From positions 40,769-104,768 of the forward strand of contig CABUZX010000002.1 in the NCBI GenBank assembly GCA_902496185.1: 64,000 bases of DNA. The letters are read 5' to 3'. The translations under genes were made by a program, and so were the position numbers. Below, piece by piece: positions 63,342-64,000 of the stretch. The notes below the pieces were generated by a model. It did not search any database. It saw nothing but the letters and a program-made list of their open reading frames with translations, and had not been told where the DNA came from. Origin of the DNA: an uncultured Subdoligranulum sp. GTDB lineage: Bacteria; Bacillota; Clostridia; Christensenellales; CAG-314. The first letter of the stretch is position 1. Each line of letters starts with the position of its first letter.

Positions 63342-64000
63342 ATGGATAATATTTTTGATATTATTATTGTTGGAGCCGGTACTGCCGGTATGACAACTGC
63401 TTTGTACGCTCTTAGAAACGGCAAGAGCGTACTCCTCTTGGAGGGAGAGACGTTGGGCGGTCAAATTGCCTTTAGCCCCAAGGTGGAAAACTTTCCTACG
63501 CACAAATCTTTGTCAGGCGCGGAATTTTCCGATATGCTTTACGATCAGATTACCGAGCTTGGCGCGCAGATGGAGTTGGAAAAAGTTTTGGCGGTGGAAA
63601 AAAAGGGCGAAGGCAACTTTGTGGTAACGACGGATTACAATGAATACCGTTCAAAAAGCGTCGTTATTGCAACGGGCGTCAAACACCGTCATATAGGCGT
63701 ACTCGGCGAGGAGGAGCTTTTGGGTAACGGCGTCAGTTATTGCGCAACCTGCGACGGTCCTTTTTATGCCGGAGAAGAAGTAGTGCTTATCGGAGACGCC
63801 AATACTGCGTTGCAATACGCCATTATGCTTTCTGGGTACTGTAAAAAAGTGACTGTTTGCACTTTGTTTGATAAATTTTTTGGAGAGGCAAATCTTGTCA
63901 AAACTTTGCGCGGTAAGCAAAACGTGGAAATTTTTCACAACAAAAATCTTCAACAGTTTTTGACCAAAGACGGCAAGTTGACTGGGCTTAGGTTTGAAGA
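63342..64000 (+). CDS. trxB: thioredoxin-disulfide reductase-like flavoprotein (partial, runs off the window)
   Basis: The ORF is open to the window end and so is absent from the track. Has FAD motif DIIIVGAGTAGMTTA and redox-active CATCDG. Confidence 0.8.
   Translation, partial: MDNIFDIIIVGAGTAGMTTALYALRNGKSVLLLEGETLGGQIAFSPKVENFPTHKSLSGAEFSDMLYDQITELGAQMELEKVLAVEKKGEGNFVVTTDYNEYRSKSVVIATGVKHRHIGVLGEEELLGNGVSYCATCDGPFYAGEEVVLIGDANTALQYAIMLSGYCKKVTVCTLFDKFFGEANLVKTLRGKQNVEIFHNKNLQQFLTKDGKLTGLRFE

Overview
By eye this is an AT-rich chromosomal segment from an anaerobic, Gram-positive-type (Clostridia-like) bacterium. Supporting signs are rubredoxin, desulfoferrodoxin, class III RNR, a CwlD-like amidase, lipoboxes and AGGAGG-type RBSs. 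Housekeeping genes: lepB, recF, prs, rplI, murG, tex, nrdD, a partial trxB, tRNA-Arg(ACG) and tRNA-Val(GAC). Metabolic modules: a full histidine-utilisation operon using the formimidoyltransferase/cyclodeaminase route (5.9-12.3 kb), rubredoxin-desulfoferrodoxin, divergent pncA/niaR, and a NitT/TauT-type ABC importer behind a structured leader. The accessory part lies at about 24-51 kb. It holds a 2,534-aa lipoprotein made of about 22 His/Cys3 mini-units followed by larger repeat modules. It also holds a type IV pilus-like locus (36.2-48.3 kb) with five prepilin-type genes, one of them a 563-aa modular pilin with a GLUG-like beta-helix module. That locus also encodes a PilM-position protein, PilD, PilC, PilB and an unassignable 928-aa protein, and is followed by an LRR (BspA-like) lipoprotein. 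The pilus locus is cut into units by 18 copies of a hairpin repeat family that shows compensatory base changes; I saw no copies elsewhere in the window. Three intergenic G9-G11 tracts occur within 6 kb, one about 35 nt upstream of a pilin start codon. Other oddities: a 54-bp duplication of the tRNA-Arg 3' end plus terminator enclosing a GC-rich structured segment; an NrdD with a fused thioredoxin-fold domain followed by trxB; and a decayed region downstream of tRNA-Val. I found no CRISPR array, rRNA, transposase or integrase. All calls come from reading motifs; no database search was possible.
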